A stretch of DNA of 64,000 bases from Minisyncoccota bacterium. Its GTDB lineage: Bacteria > Patescibacteriota > Minisyncoccia > UBA6257 > 2-01-FULL-56-20. Positions 46,429-56,728 of this stretch are shown one piece after another. Each line of letters opens with the position of its first letter. Within the stretch, counting starts at the first letter, position 1. A program made the translations under genes and the position numbers. The notes under the pieces are model-generated. The model saw nothing but the letters and a program-made list of their open reading frames with translations. It did not search any database and was not told where the DNA came from. The stretch is from the NCBI GenBank assembly GCA_036510525.1, contig DATCDU010000011.1, positions 2,241 to 66,240 on the forward strand, read 5' to 3'.

Positions 46429-47895
46429 ATGTTCCAAAAAACCAAGGACTTCCTTTTTAAGAACACCTCGGCAAAACAGACGGTGGCAAAGAACACATTC
46501 TGGCTTTCGGTATCGAACTTCGGCGGACGCCTGATCAAAGCCATCATCATCATCTATGCCGCGCGGGTGCTGGGCACCGACGGCTATGGCGTGTTCTCCT
46601 ATGCCATCACCCTTGCGGGGTTTCTCACCCTCTTCATGGATCCGGGCATCAACGGCATCCTGATCCGCGACGCGTCAAAGGTGGACGAGGAAGAGCGGCG
46701 CACCATTTTTGGGACGATGTTCGCGATCAAGATCGTTCTGCTCATCATTGGCGTGCTCGTCATCCTGTTCGTCGCGCCGCTCTTCAGCACACTCCCCGGC
46801 GCAAAAGTGCTGATCCCCATCATCGCGCTCGTCCTCGCGTTCGACACCATGCGGGAATTCTTCTTCTCGCTCATCCGCGCAATGGAGAATATGCAATGGG
46901 AGGCGGCGATCTTCCTTCTCACGAACGTGGGCATTGTGGTATTTGGTTTCATCTTCCTTGCCTATGCGGCGAATGCGCAATCGTTCAGCTGGGGCTACGT
47001 AGCCGGCGACGCGCTCGGCACGATCGCGGCGGTGATCGCCCTGCGCGGTTATTTCAAGAAAATATTCTCTCGCTTTGATGCGGCGCGTGTCATGCCGATC
47101 CTCAAAGCCGCATGGCCCTTCGCGATCAGCGGCGCGCTCGGATTGCTCTTTACGAACAGCGACATTCTCATCATCAGCTGGATGCGCTCGGCATCGGACG
47201 TCGGTATCTATTCCGCGGCCATCCGGATCATTCAGACGTTCTATCTGATACCGGGGATCATTCAGTTCGCGACGCTCCCGCTCATCTCGCGGCTGGCAAA
47301 GCATGACGACGAACGGTTCCGGAGCGCGTTCGAACGGACTCTCGGGATGATATTTCTCGCCTCCATCCCGCTCTCGCTCGGCGGCATCGTATTCGGCACG
47401 CAGATCATGGCCTTCATCTTCGGCGCGCCCTACGCCGCAGGCGGCCTCGCCTTCAAGATCCTGGCGGCGACGCTCATGTTCGACTTCCCCGCCTCTATCA
47501 TCATCAACGCGCTCTTTGCCTATGAACATCAAAAGAGCTTGGTCGTCTCCTCCGCGCTCGGTGGCGCGGTGAACGTCGGCCTGGACCTCGCGCTGATCCC
47601 CTTCTTCGGCATCACCGGTTCCGCAGTTGCTACGCTCGTCGCCCAGGCCGTCAATAATGGATATCTCTGGTGGGCGATGAAGAAAGTGAACCCATTCACC
47701 GTGATAGGGCGCCTCAAAAAGATCTTCGTATCAAGCATCGTGATGGCTGTCTGCGGCGTGGCATTCATGGCGATCGGCATGAACGTCATCGTGAACATCG
47801 TGCTCTGCACGTGCATCTATTTTGTCCTGTTGAGAATATCCAGAGAACCGCTGCTGATCGAGGTCAAACGAATCATCTTTCCTCCCGCGCGGTGA
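46429..47895 (+). CDS. polysaccharide biosynthesis/oligosaccharide flippase family membrane protein (Wzx-like MOP superfamily)
   Basis: ~490 aa with 12-14 transmembrane helices and typical flippase architecture. Start set at MFQKTKDF. Confidence 0.75.
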   Translation: MFQKTKDFLFKNTSAKQTVAKNTFWLSVSNFGGRLIKAIIIIYAARVLGTDGYGVFSYAITLAGFLTLFMDPGINGILIRDASKVDEEERRTIFGTMFAIKIVLLIIGVLVILFVAPLFSTLPGAKVLIPIIALVLAFDTMREFFFSLIRAMENMQWEAAIFLLTNVGIVVFGFIFLAYAANAQSFSWGYVAGDALGTIAAVIALRGYFKKIFSRFDAARVMPILKAAWPFAISGALGLLFTNSDILIISWMRSASDVGIYSAAIRIIQTFYLIPGIIQFATLPLISRLAKHDDERFRSAFERTLGMIFLASIPLSLGGIVFGTQIMAFIFGAPYAAGGLAFKILAATLMFDFPASIIINALFAYEHQKSLVVSSALGGAVNVGLDLALIPFFGITGSAVATLVAQAVNNGYLWWAMKKVNPFTVIGRLKKIFVSSIVMAVCGVAFMAIGMNVIVNIVLCTCIYFVLLRISREPLLIEVKRIIFPPAR

Positions 47896-47901
47896 TCGCG
47901 A

Positions 47902-48765
47902 TCAGGAGAATAATGCTTTTTTAAGGCGTGAGAGAAACGCGTTCAGTCGTTTTCTGACGTAGACCGGCAGGCGCGCATAAAGCCAGTATACGGTCGTCGA
48001 GAGATACGCGAAGAAATATCCGGGATACTCGTCTTTATGCCGGCGGATGATGACGAACGCCGCATCCACGTTCTGCCGCTGGTTCATGAACGAGCTGCCT
48101 TTGTCCCACATACGATACGCCAGGAAATATTCTGGCATATTGCATAGCTTTCCATACTTTCCCATTTTCAGCCAAAAATCCCAGTCGGCGAACTGCCGCA
48201 AGGATTCGTCGTAATAGCCGAACTGCGCTGCGACGCTGCGGCGGAATATCGACGTCGAGTTCGCAATGGGATTCGCATAGAGCGCCACCTTACGGATGGC
48301 GTCGTCGGTTTGGGGTTTGGTCACACGGGAGCCTTCGTTGTCGTCCTTGTCCACTATCACAAAAAAACTGCCGCACCCCACGTAGTCCTTGTGCGCATCC
48401 AGGAATGCCACCTGTTTTTCCATTTTTTTTGGATCGATCCAATGGTCGTCGTCGTCCAGGATCGCCACGTATTCCCCTTTGGCTTCCTTCAAGCCGGCGT
48501 TTGAAACGACCGCGATGCGGCCGACATGCTCAAGCCGGATGTATTTTATGCGCGCATCTTTTTTCTGCCATTCTTTTACCACTTGCGCGGTGTTGTCCGG
48601 CGAGCCGTCATCAACGATGATGAGCTCCCAATCCTGGAATGTCTGATCGATGACGCTTTGGATGCCCTTGCCGATATATTGCGCGCGGGTCCACGCCGCG
48701 GTAAGGACGGTCACGCGAGGAGTATGCATGCGGTTCAGGATAGCAAAAAATGGGAACGACGACAA
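47902..48765 (-). CDS. glycosyltransferase family 2
   Basis: VTVLTAAWTRAQYIGKGIQSVIDQTFQDWELIIVDDGSPDNT...AILDDDD. Confidence 0.8.
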   Translation of the reverse strand: MSSFPFFAILNRMHTPRVTVLTAAWTRAQYIGKGIQSVIDQTFQDWELIIVDDGSPDNTAQVVKEWQKKDARIKYIRLEHVGRIAVVSNAGLKEAKGEYVAILDDDDHWIDPKKMEKQVAFLDAHKDYVGCGSFFVIVDKDDNEGSRVTKPQTDDAIRKVALYANPIANSTSIFRRSVAAQFGYYDESLRQFADWDFWLKMGKYGKLCNMPEYFLAYRMWDKGSSFMNQRQNVDAAFVIIRRHKDEYPGYFFAYLSTTVYWLYARLPVYVRKRLNAFLSRLKKALFS

Positions 48766-48772
48766 TCTTATT

Positions 48773-49543
48773 TCAGTGCTCTATGATCGGTTGCGGAAGC
48801 AACAGTCCCTCGAGCCGTATATTATTCTTTTGCAAATTGCCTTCCACCTCGCGCCATTTCTCCACCGTATCGATCCCTTTTGAATAATCGTCGCATTCGT
48901 ATGAGTAGAACGACTCCCCTTTTTTGATGACGTCCGGGAGGAGATCGCGACCGATCTCGTAATAGCGGTCGGTCGGATCGTACGAGAGTATCTTTTTATT
49001 CATAATGAACGTCCCGCGCATGCGGTAGGCGTTCGGATATTTTTCCGTGTGTGGTTTCGGATGGATCGCCACGAACTTGCCGTTGGCATCGAGCTCCGCC
49101 ACGTCGGCGTCGGCATAGTCTTCCAATTTTTGCATCCTCTGCATGCCGATCGCGCCGGCCGGCTTCTCGCGCCACACCTGTTCCATCTTTGTATAATCGA
49201 TCAGGCTCAGCATGTCGCCGTAGATCACAAAAAATTCCTCATCCGCATATTTTTCGAACTGCTTGCAACTGCCCGCGGTGCCCGGCGGCTCTTTCTCAAG
49301 GTTGTACGTGATTTTTACTCCCCACTTCGATCCGTCGCCCAAGTACTCACGCATCACTTCCGGCATCGTGTAGAGGTTGATAAGAAAATCGGTGACGCCG
49401 TGCTTTTTGAACTGCACGATGTTCCACTCCGTGAGCGGATTACCCAAGATCGGAATCATCTGCTTGGACATCGTATTGGTATACGGGCGGAGGCGGGTGC
49501 CGAGACCGCCGCAGAGAAGGATCGCTTGTTTGATCTTGGTCAT
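48773..49543 (-). CDS. sugar-1-phosphate nucleotidyltransferase, probable D-glycero-alpha-D-manno-heptose 1-phosphate guanylyltransferase (HddC-like)
   Basis: MTKIKQAILLCGGLGTRLRPYT is an NTP_transferase G-rich loop. It immediately precedes gmhB, which sets the context. Confidence 0.7.
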   Translation of the reverse strand: MTKIKQAILLCGGLGTRLRPYTNTMSKQMIPILGNPLTEWNIVQFKKHGVTDFLINLYTMPEVMREYLGDGSKWGVKITYNLEKEPPGTAGSCKQFEKYADEEFFVIYGDMLSLIDYTKMEQVWREKPAGAIGMQRMQKLEDYADADVAELDANGKFVAIHPKPHTEKYPNAYRMRGTFIMNKKILSYDPTDRYYEIGRDLLPDVIKKGESFYSYECDDYSKGIDTVEKWREVEGNLQKNNIRLEGLLLPQPIIEH

Positions 49544-50124
49544 AGTGTTGATTTTTTTATTATGTTTACCGTACCCGCGAGGTCACGGACGATGAAGTCT
49601 GGCTTGCCTTCATGCTGCCAGGGATCCTTGCCGCCATGCCCCGTCCGCACGAGTATCATCTTAACCTTCGCGCGATTTCCCGCGAGGATGTCCTGCGTGC
49701 TATCGCCGATAAGAAAACTTTTTTTGAGATCGATGCCATGATCTTTCGCCGCCTGGAGTATCATCCCCGGCGCCGGCTTCCGGCATTTGCACACCATCCG
49801 ATATTTTTTCACGTTCGCCAACGGATGATGCGGGCAATAATAGACGGCGTCGATCGTTGCGCCACGCTTCCCTAAGCGGTCGATGAGTACGGCATGGATA
49901 TGATCTACCTCTTTCGGCCCGATCATCCCGCGAGCGACGACGGGCTGGTTCGTCACGATGACCACCAGATATCCCATCTTGTTGAAGGCTTTGATGGCTG
50001 GCGCGGCGGCGGGAAAAAGTTTCAACTGCGACGGTTTATGCAAAAGCTCCACCTGGCGGATGATCGTCCCATCACGGTCAAGGAACACCGCCGGACGTTT
50101 CTTCTTTTTTTGTGAGGCAGGCAT
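49540..50124 (-). CDS. gmhB: D-glycero-D-manno-heptose 1,7-bisphosphate phosphatase (HAD-IIIA, GmhB)
   Basis: FLDRDGTII (DxD motif). Zinc-binding CPHHP...CKCRKP. GDSTQD. Confidence 0.8.
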   Translation of the reverse strand: MPASQKKKKRPAVFLDRDGTIIRQVELLHKPSQLKLFPAAAPAIKAFNKMGYLVVIVTNQPVVARGMIGPKEVDHIHAVLIDRLGKRGATIDAVYYCPHHPLANVKKYRMVCKCRKPAPGMILQAAKDHGIDLKKSFLIGDSTQDILAGNRAKVKMILVRTGHGGKDPWQHEGKPDFIVRDLAGTVNIIKKSTL

Positions 50125-50299
50125 CCCTTTATATTCCGCTAAGCCGTCGTTTTTTTCAACTTGACTATTATACGGAAAGGTGTAATAATCCGCCCAGCAC
50201 TAGCACGATCGGTGCGGATTCAAAATTCGAAATTCATGAGGTGGTCCTTGCTTTCCCTCTTTAAGACCTTCGATACCCCTTGGCCCTATCCTTCTCGCA

Positions 50300-51034
50300 A
50301 TGCTCGGCCGTGGCTTGCAACAGGATCAGAATGGAAATTGGGTCCTTACCAAGCTATTCGAGGTGTGCGACGAAAAAGGCGCGCATCTCCCGACGGCGCT
50401 TCCCGAAGACGACGACAACCCGAACTCCTGCATCGGCGGCAGCGAACTGAACATTTTGGCCGGCGTAGAGCTGTACAAATATTTTCACCCGGCCATGACC
50501 GTGTTCGCCTACGGCATGCGCTCGAACTATCTGCGCAACATCAACGCACCGAGCGAATGCGTGGTTGGAACGAAAAAATTCCTCGAGATCGCGCGGGAAG
50601 AGGGCGAAACCCCCGAGGTGGAGATTTTCCGCGAAGGGGAATGGAACCAGCCGACCTCAGGAACGGATGCGGAGATACATAACATCTTCTCATTGGTATT
50701 AGCCCCGGATCTGCAAATCGCGAACGTCGCCATCGTGACCGTTGCGGTGCACGTGCCGCGGACGGCGCTCATGGTCCAGGGCCACATGCAGAATCCGGAA
50801 TTTGCGGGACGCATCTTCCCGCAGATCTACGTCGCGGAACAGATCCTGGAAACAGCAGATCCTGAACAGTATGCCGGCCTCTGGGCACGATCCATCGGCT
50901 CGCAGTCGTTCACCCGCACATTCCAGCGGGAGATCGGTTTCGGCGGCGTCTATCCGCGCGGTGGCGTCAACGCATACTTCGCGGGGATCAGGCAGACCGA
51001 CTCATCCAAAGTCCCCGCTGCGGCAGGCATATAG
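50300..51034 (+). CDS. YdcF/ElyC-like (DUF218) family protein
   Basis: IVTVAVHVPRTALMVQGHM resembles the DUF218 VTSAxHMPRA block. Weak overall. Confidence 0.4.
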   Translation: MLGRGLQQDQNGNWVLTKLFEVCDEKGAHLPTALPEDDDNPNSCIGGSELNILAGVELYKYFHPAMTVFAYGMRSNYLRNINAPSECVVGTKKFLEIAREEGETPEVEIFREGEWNQPTSGTDAEIHNIFSLVLAPDLQIANVAIVTVAVHVPRTALMVQGHMQNPEFAGRIFPQIYVAEQILETADPEQYAGLWARSIGSQSFTRTFQREIGFGGVYPRGGVNAYFAGIRQTDSSKVPAAAGI

Positions 51035-51173
51035 GTCTCCCGCAGCAACTCATAAGAGCTTTGCCCGCCCCCGGCAGGCTCTTTTTTTATTGACATTCGA
51101 GTTAAAGAGTGCGATAGTTCCCGCGGAAACAGATTTACAATTCACCACCGTCAGACAAGAAAGAGAGGATATC

Positions 51174-52094
51174 TTGAACCTGAATGAGTTGGTATCACGT
51201 CCACCATGCACTCCACTCGTGGCGGCCCTGATACATTCGATCCGCATCACCGGATTGGCCATAAAGGGGGTACCACGCGAAGCGACCATCAAGGTCGGGG
51301 AAGGCCATCGCTCGATCATCACGAAAGCGGACGCTTTCTCCAACGAGAGCGTGTTCGGCTCTCTTGCGAATTTCTCAAATCTGCGGATCCTGTGCGAAGA
51401 GGAAATATCTGACGAGCGGGCCATCTCCAAGGAAAATCCCGTCGGTATTTTTAACGGGCAACGGGTCGTCTTCGACCCGCTAGATGGCTCAACTCTCTTT
51501 GCCCGCCATGATCCCGAATGGTGCATCGGCGCCGGTCTATTTGAAGAGGGTACGGCCACGGCGACCGTGATCACCACTCCACAAGCCAACGGAGGAACCA
51601 CTCTTTTCAGTTTCGATGGCACCGTCCACGTCATGGAAGGGAGCGGCGACGTGAAAACAGTCGGAGCAATGGTGGAGAAACCCCTGAAAGAGTGCACGAT
51701 CCTGCGCGGCGTCGACACCGAGCTGTATGCCAACGTTCTCACGATCATGCCGAAGGTCGCGGCAAGCGTGCGGGCAGTCGACATGAAGGGGTCGGGGCAC
51801 TATGGTCTGATGTCGGTCGCGCTCGGCCGCGCGGATGCCATCATCCAAACGCCTCAAAAACCCTGGGATTGGGCACCGGCGTATCATGCCGTTACGACGG
51901 CGGGCGGCGTGTTCCAATTCTTCCGCCTGAAGGACGGCGTCCTGATCCCGGTCGATAGTTATGACGAGCGCGCGTTCAAAGCCGGGAAGGAAAATCGTCT
52001 CGGCTTTGTCGCGGGCGAATCATCGCTTGTGGAACGGCTCTTCTCGCTTCTCCCACGGAGCGGATGGGAACGCCACGACCCGGACACGATCTAG
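51174..52094 (+). CDS. inositol monophosphatase/FBPase/CysQ family phosphatase
   Basis: VVFDPLDGST metal-binding motif. TTG start at 51174 preceded by an AAGAAAGAGAGG ribosome-binding site; the track ORF starts further upstream in the same frame. Confidence 0.65.
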   Translation: MNLNELVSRPPCTPLVAALIHSIRITGLAIKGVPREATIKVGEGHRSIITKADAFSNESVFGSLANFSNLRILCEEEISDERAISKENPVGIFNGQRVVFDPLDGSTLFARHDPEWCIGAGLFEEGTATATVITTPQANGGTTLFSFDGTVHVMEGSGDVKTVGAMVEKPLKECTILRGVDTELYANVLTIMPKVAASVRAVDMKGSGHYGLMSVALGRADAIIQTPQKPWDWAPAYHAVTTAGGVFQFFRLKDGVLIPVDSYDERAFKAGKENRLGFVAGESSLVERLFSLLPRSGWERHDPDTI

Positions 52095-52145
52095 GCAGGA
52101 CAGAACCAAAAAGCCCGTTTCGCATCACGCGAGACGGGCCATTTT

Positions 52146-52757
52146 TTATTTTGCTTCCTGCGTGCTCTCCCACTTTCCCTTCTGCTTTTGGAACTTTGGG
52201 TGCGAGACGATCAGGTGCCACACGACCGCCTGGAAAGCTTCTGTGTGCGGGGTCACGTTATCGGGATTTACGACGGGCACAATGACGACCGCATCCGCCA
52301 CCTGCGCGGTATGTCCCCCGTCGCGGCCGACGACGCCCACGATCTTGGCACCCACCTGCTTTGCGTACTTCAATGCTTCAATGATGTTGGCGCTGATGTT
52401 CTTCTCCGCATTGCCGCCACCGACGGAGAACACCATAATGCAATCCTCCGGACGGAGATTGCTTCCGATAAGCCAATTCGAAAAGACGGTATGAAACCCG
52501 TCGTCGTTCGTGCGCGCCGTGATCTCCGAGACATTGTCCACCGGCGTATATGCCTCCATACCGGCAAGCTTCCGGAAGTCATTCACCGCATGGCTCGCAT
52601 GGCCGGCACCGCCGCCGACGCCGATGATGAAGAGGCGTCCTTTTTCGTCGCGGACCCGGGCGAGAACCTTGATCATTTTATTGATGTCCTCACGATCCAA
52701 TTTTTGTGCGATCTCCGCCACCTCCTTCAAATATTTATCCGCGTGTTCTTTATACAT
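52146..52757 (-). CDS. gmhA: phosphoheptose isomerase (SIS domain, GmhA)
   Basis: RLFIIGVGGGAGHASHAVNDF and later SVGGGN, in a SIS fold. Confidence 0.85.
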   Translation of the reverse strand: MYKEHADKYLKEVAEIAQKLDREDINKMIKVLARVRDEKGRLFIIGVGGGAGHASHAVNDFRKLAGMEAYTPVDNVSEITARTNDDGFHTVFSNWLIGSNLRPEDCIMVFSVGGGNAEKNISANIIEALKYAKQVGAKIVGVVGRDGGHTAQVADAVVIVPVVNPDNVTPHTEAFQAVVWHLIVSHPKFQKQKGKWESTQEAK

Positions 52758-52781
52758 AATAGTCCTAATGTGAGGTTCGTT

Positions 52782-53510
52782 TTACGATTCGTATAAAGTA
52801 TACCCCACTTTCTGCCCGTCCTCGTAGAACATCTTCACGGTCTGGATGGACAGCTCATGATGGTCGATGCCGATCTGCACCGTTTTCTTCAGAATATCCG
52901 CGGGAACCGTGATGATCTTGGCGCCGGCGAACTCCGCCTGGTAAATATTGAACAGTTCACGCGTGCTCGCCCATAACAGTTCGTACGCGGGAAACGGCTT
53001 GAGCAATTTTGCGGACTGCTCCATCAGCGGGATCGGATCCACTCCGGTGTCCGCGACACGCCCGGCGAAGACCGATATGATCGCGGGGATATCCTTGCGC
53101 AACGCCGGCAGAACGCTCTTCACCTGTTCTATCGTAAGGATGGCGGTGACGTTCAACTTTACCCCGCTCGCCGCGAGCTTCTGGATCAGTTCGAGCGATG
53201 GAGCTCCTTTCGTGTTCGTGATCGGGATCTTCACGTATACATTATCTCCCCACGAATCGATGATGTGCGCCTGACGCTCCATCTCGGAAAAATCGTCTGA
53301 GAACACCTCGAACGATATCGGCTTGTTTTTGACCTCGGCCAGCACCTCCTTTGCGAACCCCGCGTAATCGGTCACGCCGGCCTTGCGCATGAGCGTCGGG
53401 TTGGTGGTGAATCCACTGATGAACGGCTGGTGGTATAGCTCTAATATACTCGCTTTTTCGGCGCCGTCGGCGTATATCTTGATATTCAATTCATCCAATG
53501 GCCTTGGCAT
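52782..53510 (-). CDS. transaldolase family protein (TalC/fructose-6-phosphate aldolase subfamily)
   Basis: 242 aa. FISGFTTNPTL and a Schiff-base Lys region (VYVKIP). Confidence 0.85.
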   Translation of the reverse strand: MPRPLDELNIKIYADGAEKASILELYHQPFISGFTTNPTLMRKAGVTDYAGFAKEVLAEVKNKPISFEVFSDDFSEMERQAHIIDSWGDNVYVKIPITNTKGAPSLELIQKLAASGVKLNVTAILTIEQVKSVLPALRKDIPAIISVFAGRVADTGVDPIPLMEQSAKLLKPFPAYELLWASTRELFNIYQAEFAGAKIITVPADILKKTVQIGIDHHELSIQTVKMFYEDGQKVGYTLYES

Positions 53511-53556
53511 ATGAAAAACAAATACCCAGATACTCTACGACTTGTGGGCTGCAACG

Positions 53557-54582
53557 TCAACGCTTGAGCCGGACGCTTTTCTTGGCCTTTGATGCGGCGT
53601 AGATCGCCTCGATGATCTGGTTGGCGCGCAGGCCGTCGAGCGGGCCGCCGTTCACTTTTTCTTTCCCGGCGATCGCGTTCGCGAAATTCATCCATTCGCG
53701 ATCCCAGCTGTCGTCCTTCCCGCCAAACTTGAACACTGTAAGTGTCGGCGCGAATCCCAAATTCGTCTTCCCGTACGTGAGCATCTCTTCGCCATAACTG
53801 CCATTTTTTCCGTCGATCTGCAGATAACCTTTATCCCCAAATACTTCGAATGAAAAAATATTCTTCCAATTGGTAGTGCTCACGTGGAAGGAAACCGTCA
53901 CGTGGTCATTCGTCATTAATGCGAAGGCATTATCGTCCACCTTCGCTTTCCAATATTTCGTTTGAGTAAGACCGTACACCTCTTTGAATTCCCCGCCGAA
54001 CCAACGCGCGAGATCGATGATGTGCACTCCCTGGTCCAGGAGCTCGCCGCCGCCCGAGATTTTTTTGTTGAACCGCCATTCTTTTTCCATCCCTTTCCTG
54101 CCGCCATGCCCGTACCGTGAACGGAGGAAGAGCACCTTTCCGATGCCACCTTTTTCCATGATCTCGTGCGCCTTCATGAGCCCTTCGTGGAACCGATGGT
54201 TGAATCCTACCTTCACAACCCGGCGCGATGTGCGGGCGGCGGCGAGCATCTTCTTGGATTCGGCCGCGGTAATGCCAAATGGTTTCTCAGAGAGCACGTG
54301 TTTCTTGTGCGCGAGCGCGGCGAGAACGATGGGTGCGGTGAACGCGTTCGGCACCGCCACGACGACCGCGTCGATGTCCGGCCGCCTCACGAGTTTTTTC
54401 CAATCAGCCATGGCTTCCACGCCGTAGGCATCGGCAAGGGCTTTGGCGCGGTCGAGGTCGGGATCGGCCACGGTGACCAGCCGAGTGCCAGGTCTCGTCG
54501 CGATGATCTTCGCACGTTTGGCGCCGATCAGTCCTGCGCCGATGATCCCCACGCGTAGCTGCTTTTTTTTCATTTTCTTCAT
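53557..54582 (-). CDS. Gfo/Idh/MocA family NAD(P)-dependent oxidoreductase
   Basis: LRVGIIGAGLIGAKRAKII Rossmann motif. The C-terminal GFO_IDH_MocA_C region was not checked. Confidence 0.85.
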   Translation of the reverse strand: MKKMKKKQLRVGIIGAGLIGAKRAKIIATRPGTRLVTVADPDLDRAKALADAYGVEAMADWKKLVRRPDIDAVVVAVPNAFTAPIVLAALAHKKHVLSEKPFGITAAESKKMLAAARTSRRVVKVGFNHRFHEGLMKAHEIMEKGGIGKVLFLRSRYGHGGRKGMEKEWRFNKKISGGGELLDQGVHIIDLARWFGGEFKEVYGLTQTKYWKAKVDDNAFALMTNDHVTVSFHVSTTNWKNIFSFEVFGDKGYLQIDGKNGSYGEEMLTYGKTNLGFAPTLTVFKFGGKDDSWDREWMNFANAIAGKEKVNGGPLDGLRANQIIEAIYAASKAKKSVRLKR

Positions 54583-55436
54583 AGATTTACCCGCCGAAGC
54601 GTGAGTTTATCGCTCTCCATTAATCGGGTAATGTCTTCCTTTGTCCATTCGCCGTATTTATCCCACACGGCGCTCAACAATTTTCCGCTCAGGCCATCGG
54701 AATCGGCCGAGGCAAGAAATACGCATAGCTCTGCCGCCTTCTCGGGGGGAACGCCTCCCTCTTTCTTTTGCTTCAAAAGTTTTTCGTACATCGCCTTGCC
54801 CACCAAAACTTCTCCGGCCGCGAGCGCATCCTCCAGAATTTTCGTGTTCACCGGACCGGGCGCAATGACGTTCACGTCGATATTTTTCCCTTCCACCTCT
54901 TTTGCCAATGTCTCGGTAAGGCGAACGATGGCCACCTTTGATGTGCTGTATGCGCTAAAATGCGGCAACGGCCCGTCGCCGCCGCCGGAAAAGTTGATGA
55001 TCTTCTTTCGGCGAACACCATTCGATGATCGTTCGAGGATGGGAATGGCCTGCTGGATCACATTGAGGGCGCCGAACAGATTGATGTCGAATGTTTTTTT
55101 CCATTCCTCCGCATCCACTTCCGCGACGGTGCCGATCGCACCGTATATACCTGCCGCGTTCACCACGATATCAATCGTGCCGAATTTCTCTTCGGCAAAC
55201 TTCATCAATGCGGCCACTTCGCTCTTCTTGGAAACGTCCGCGGGGAACACTTCCACCGCGCCGCCGCTCGCCAGTTCCGCCTTTGCGGCGACGAGCTCTT
55301 CTTTTGACCGTGCGGCAAGCACCACGCTCGCTCCCTCGCGCAGGAACGCCGCCGCGATCGCCTTTCCGATCCCGCGGCTGCCCCCCGTTATGACCGCAAT
55401 TTTATCTTGGAGTTTCATATGATTATTGTCTGCCAA
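54579..55436 (-). CDS. SDR family oxidoreductase
   Basis: IAVITGGSRGIGKAIA (TGxxxGxG). YSTSK catalytic motif. Confidence 0.85.
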   Translation of the reverse strand: MADNNHMKLQDKIAVITGGSRGIGKAIAAAFLREGASVVLAARSKEELVAAKAELASGGAVEVFPADVSKKSEVAALMKFAEEKFGTIDIVVNAAGIYGAIGTVAEVDAEEWKKTFDINLFGALNVIQQAIPILERSSNGVRRKKIINFSGGGDGPLPHFSAYSTSKVAIVRLTETLAKEVEGKNIDVNVIAPGPVNTKILEDALAAGEVLVGKAMYEKLLKQKKEGGVPPEKAAELCVFLASADSDGLSGKLLSAVWDKYGEWTKEDITRLMESDKLTLRRVNL

Positions 55437-56724
55437 CCCCTCGGTATATCAACCCCGCATCTTTGATCTTCTCCTCATATTCATTATAGAGGAAGTTATT
55501 GGTATCAAATATGACCGCCTTCGGATGGCAGGCGGCCGCCAGGTGCGAGAAATCGATCTCTTTGAATTCCGGCCATGGCGTCGCCACCACGATGCCGTCA
55601 CATCCGGCGGCGGCCTCGTAGGGATCCGTAAAGAAGGGTAATTCGGTCATCGCAGCAACCTCGCTTGCGATCGCGTGGGGATCTTGCAAAACCACCGTTG
55701 CGCCGCTCGCGCAGAGCCGCGCGGCGAACTCAATGGAGCGCGAGCGGCGCAGCGTAGTCGTGCCCGCTTTATACGTCACCCCGAAGACCGCGATCTTCTT
55801 GCCATTCACCCCGCCCAGAAGTTGGGTAAACCGCTCCGCCAGCGCTTTTTCCCGTCCGGCGTTCTTTTCCCATGCGCTCGTGATGACCGGGACGGAGATG
55901 TGGCTCTCTTTCGCCGCCGCGCCGAGCGCGCGAAGATCCCTGCCGAGCGTCCCACCCGAAAATCCAAGGCCGGCGCCGAGGAATGCTCCCTTGCCGATGC
56001 GGGGATCGGAGCGTAACGCGCGGACCACGTCCACTACATCGGCGCCCTTTGCTTCGCACACATCGGCAATGTCATTAATAAAGCTCAGTGATGTGGCAAG
56101 GAATGCATTGAGCGCATGCTTCGCCATCTCCGCCGAGGGAACGGACATCGCGATGATCTCGGCGTGTAAAGGAGAAAATATCTTCTCCACCGTTTCACGC
56201 GCGGCAACCTCATTCGTACCGATCACGATCCTTCCGGGCTCGAAGAAACATCGTACCGCATCACCGAGGCGCAGATTTTCCGGCGTATAGACGTAACGCA
56301 CCTTCATTTCCGGGCGCTTCGCATGAATGGTTGCGATGACCTTTTCGGAAGTGCCCACCGGCACCTGGCTCGTCATCACAAAGACAACGTCTTCCATGAG
56401 ATGCGGGATCGCCTTATCAAGCGCCGCATAAATGATCGCCATCTGTACGTCATCATGGTCATCCACCGGCGTGTCGAAGGTAAACCAAACGACCTCACAT
56501 TTTTTTATCTCGCCCATATCGGTCGAGTAGCGCAATCTTCCTTCTTTGATATTCTTCGCAAGCAATGCCTCGAGTCCTGCCTCGCCGAGGGGAGGGATTC
56601 CCTCCGAGAGGCCCTTGACCACGGCCGCATCTTCATCGATCCCAATCACGGCGTGCCCGAGTTCCGCGAGCCCTGCCGAATACGTCTCTCCCAATTGCCA
56701 GAGACCAATGACTGCGATGGTCAT
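55423..56724 (-). CDS. nucleotide-sugar dehydrogenase (UDP-glucose/GDP-mannose 6-dehydrogenase family)
   Basis: MTIAVIGLWQLGETYSAGLAELGHAVIGID... Start set at MTIAV; the track ORF includes a 56-aa upstream extension. Confidence 0.85.
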   Translation of the reverse strand: MTIAVIGLWQLGETYSAGLAELGHAVIGIDEDAAVVKGLSEGIPPLGEAGLEALLAKNIKEGRLRYSTDMGEIKKCEVVWFTFDTPVDDHDDVQMAIIYAALDKAIPHLMEDVVFVMTSQVPVGTSEKVIATIHAKRPEMKVRYVYTPENLRLGDAVRCFFEPGRIVIGTNEVAARETVEKIFSPLHAEIIAMSVPSAEMAKHALNAFLATSLSFINDIADVCEAKGADVVDVVRALRSDPRIGKGAFLGAGLGFSGGTLGRDLRALGAAAKESHISVPVITSAWEKNAGREKALAERFTQLLGGVNGKKIAVFGVTYKAGTTTLRRSRSIEFAARLCASGATVVLQDPHAIASEVAAMTELPFFTDPYEAAAGCDGIVVATPWPEFKEIDFSHLAAACHPKAVIFDTNNFLYNEYEEKIKDAGLIYRGVGRQ

Positions 56725-56728
56725 GGGG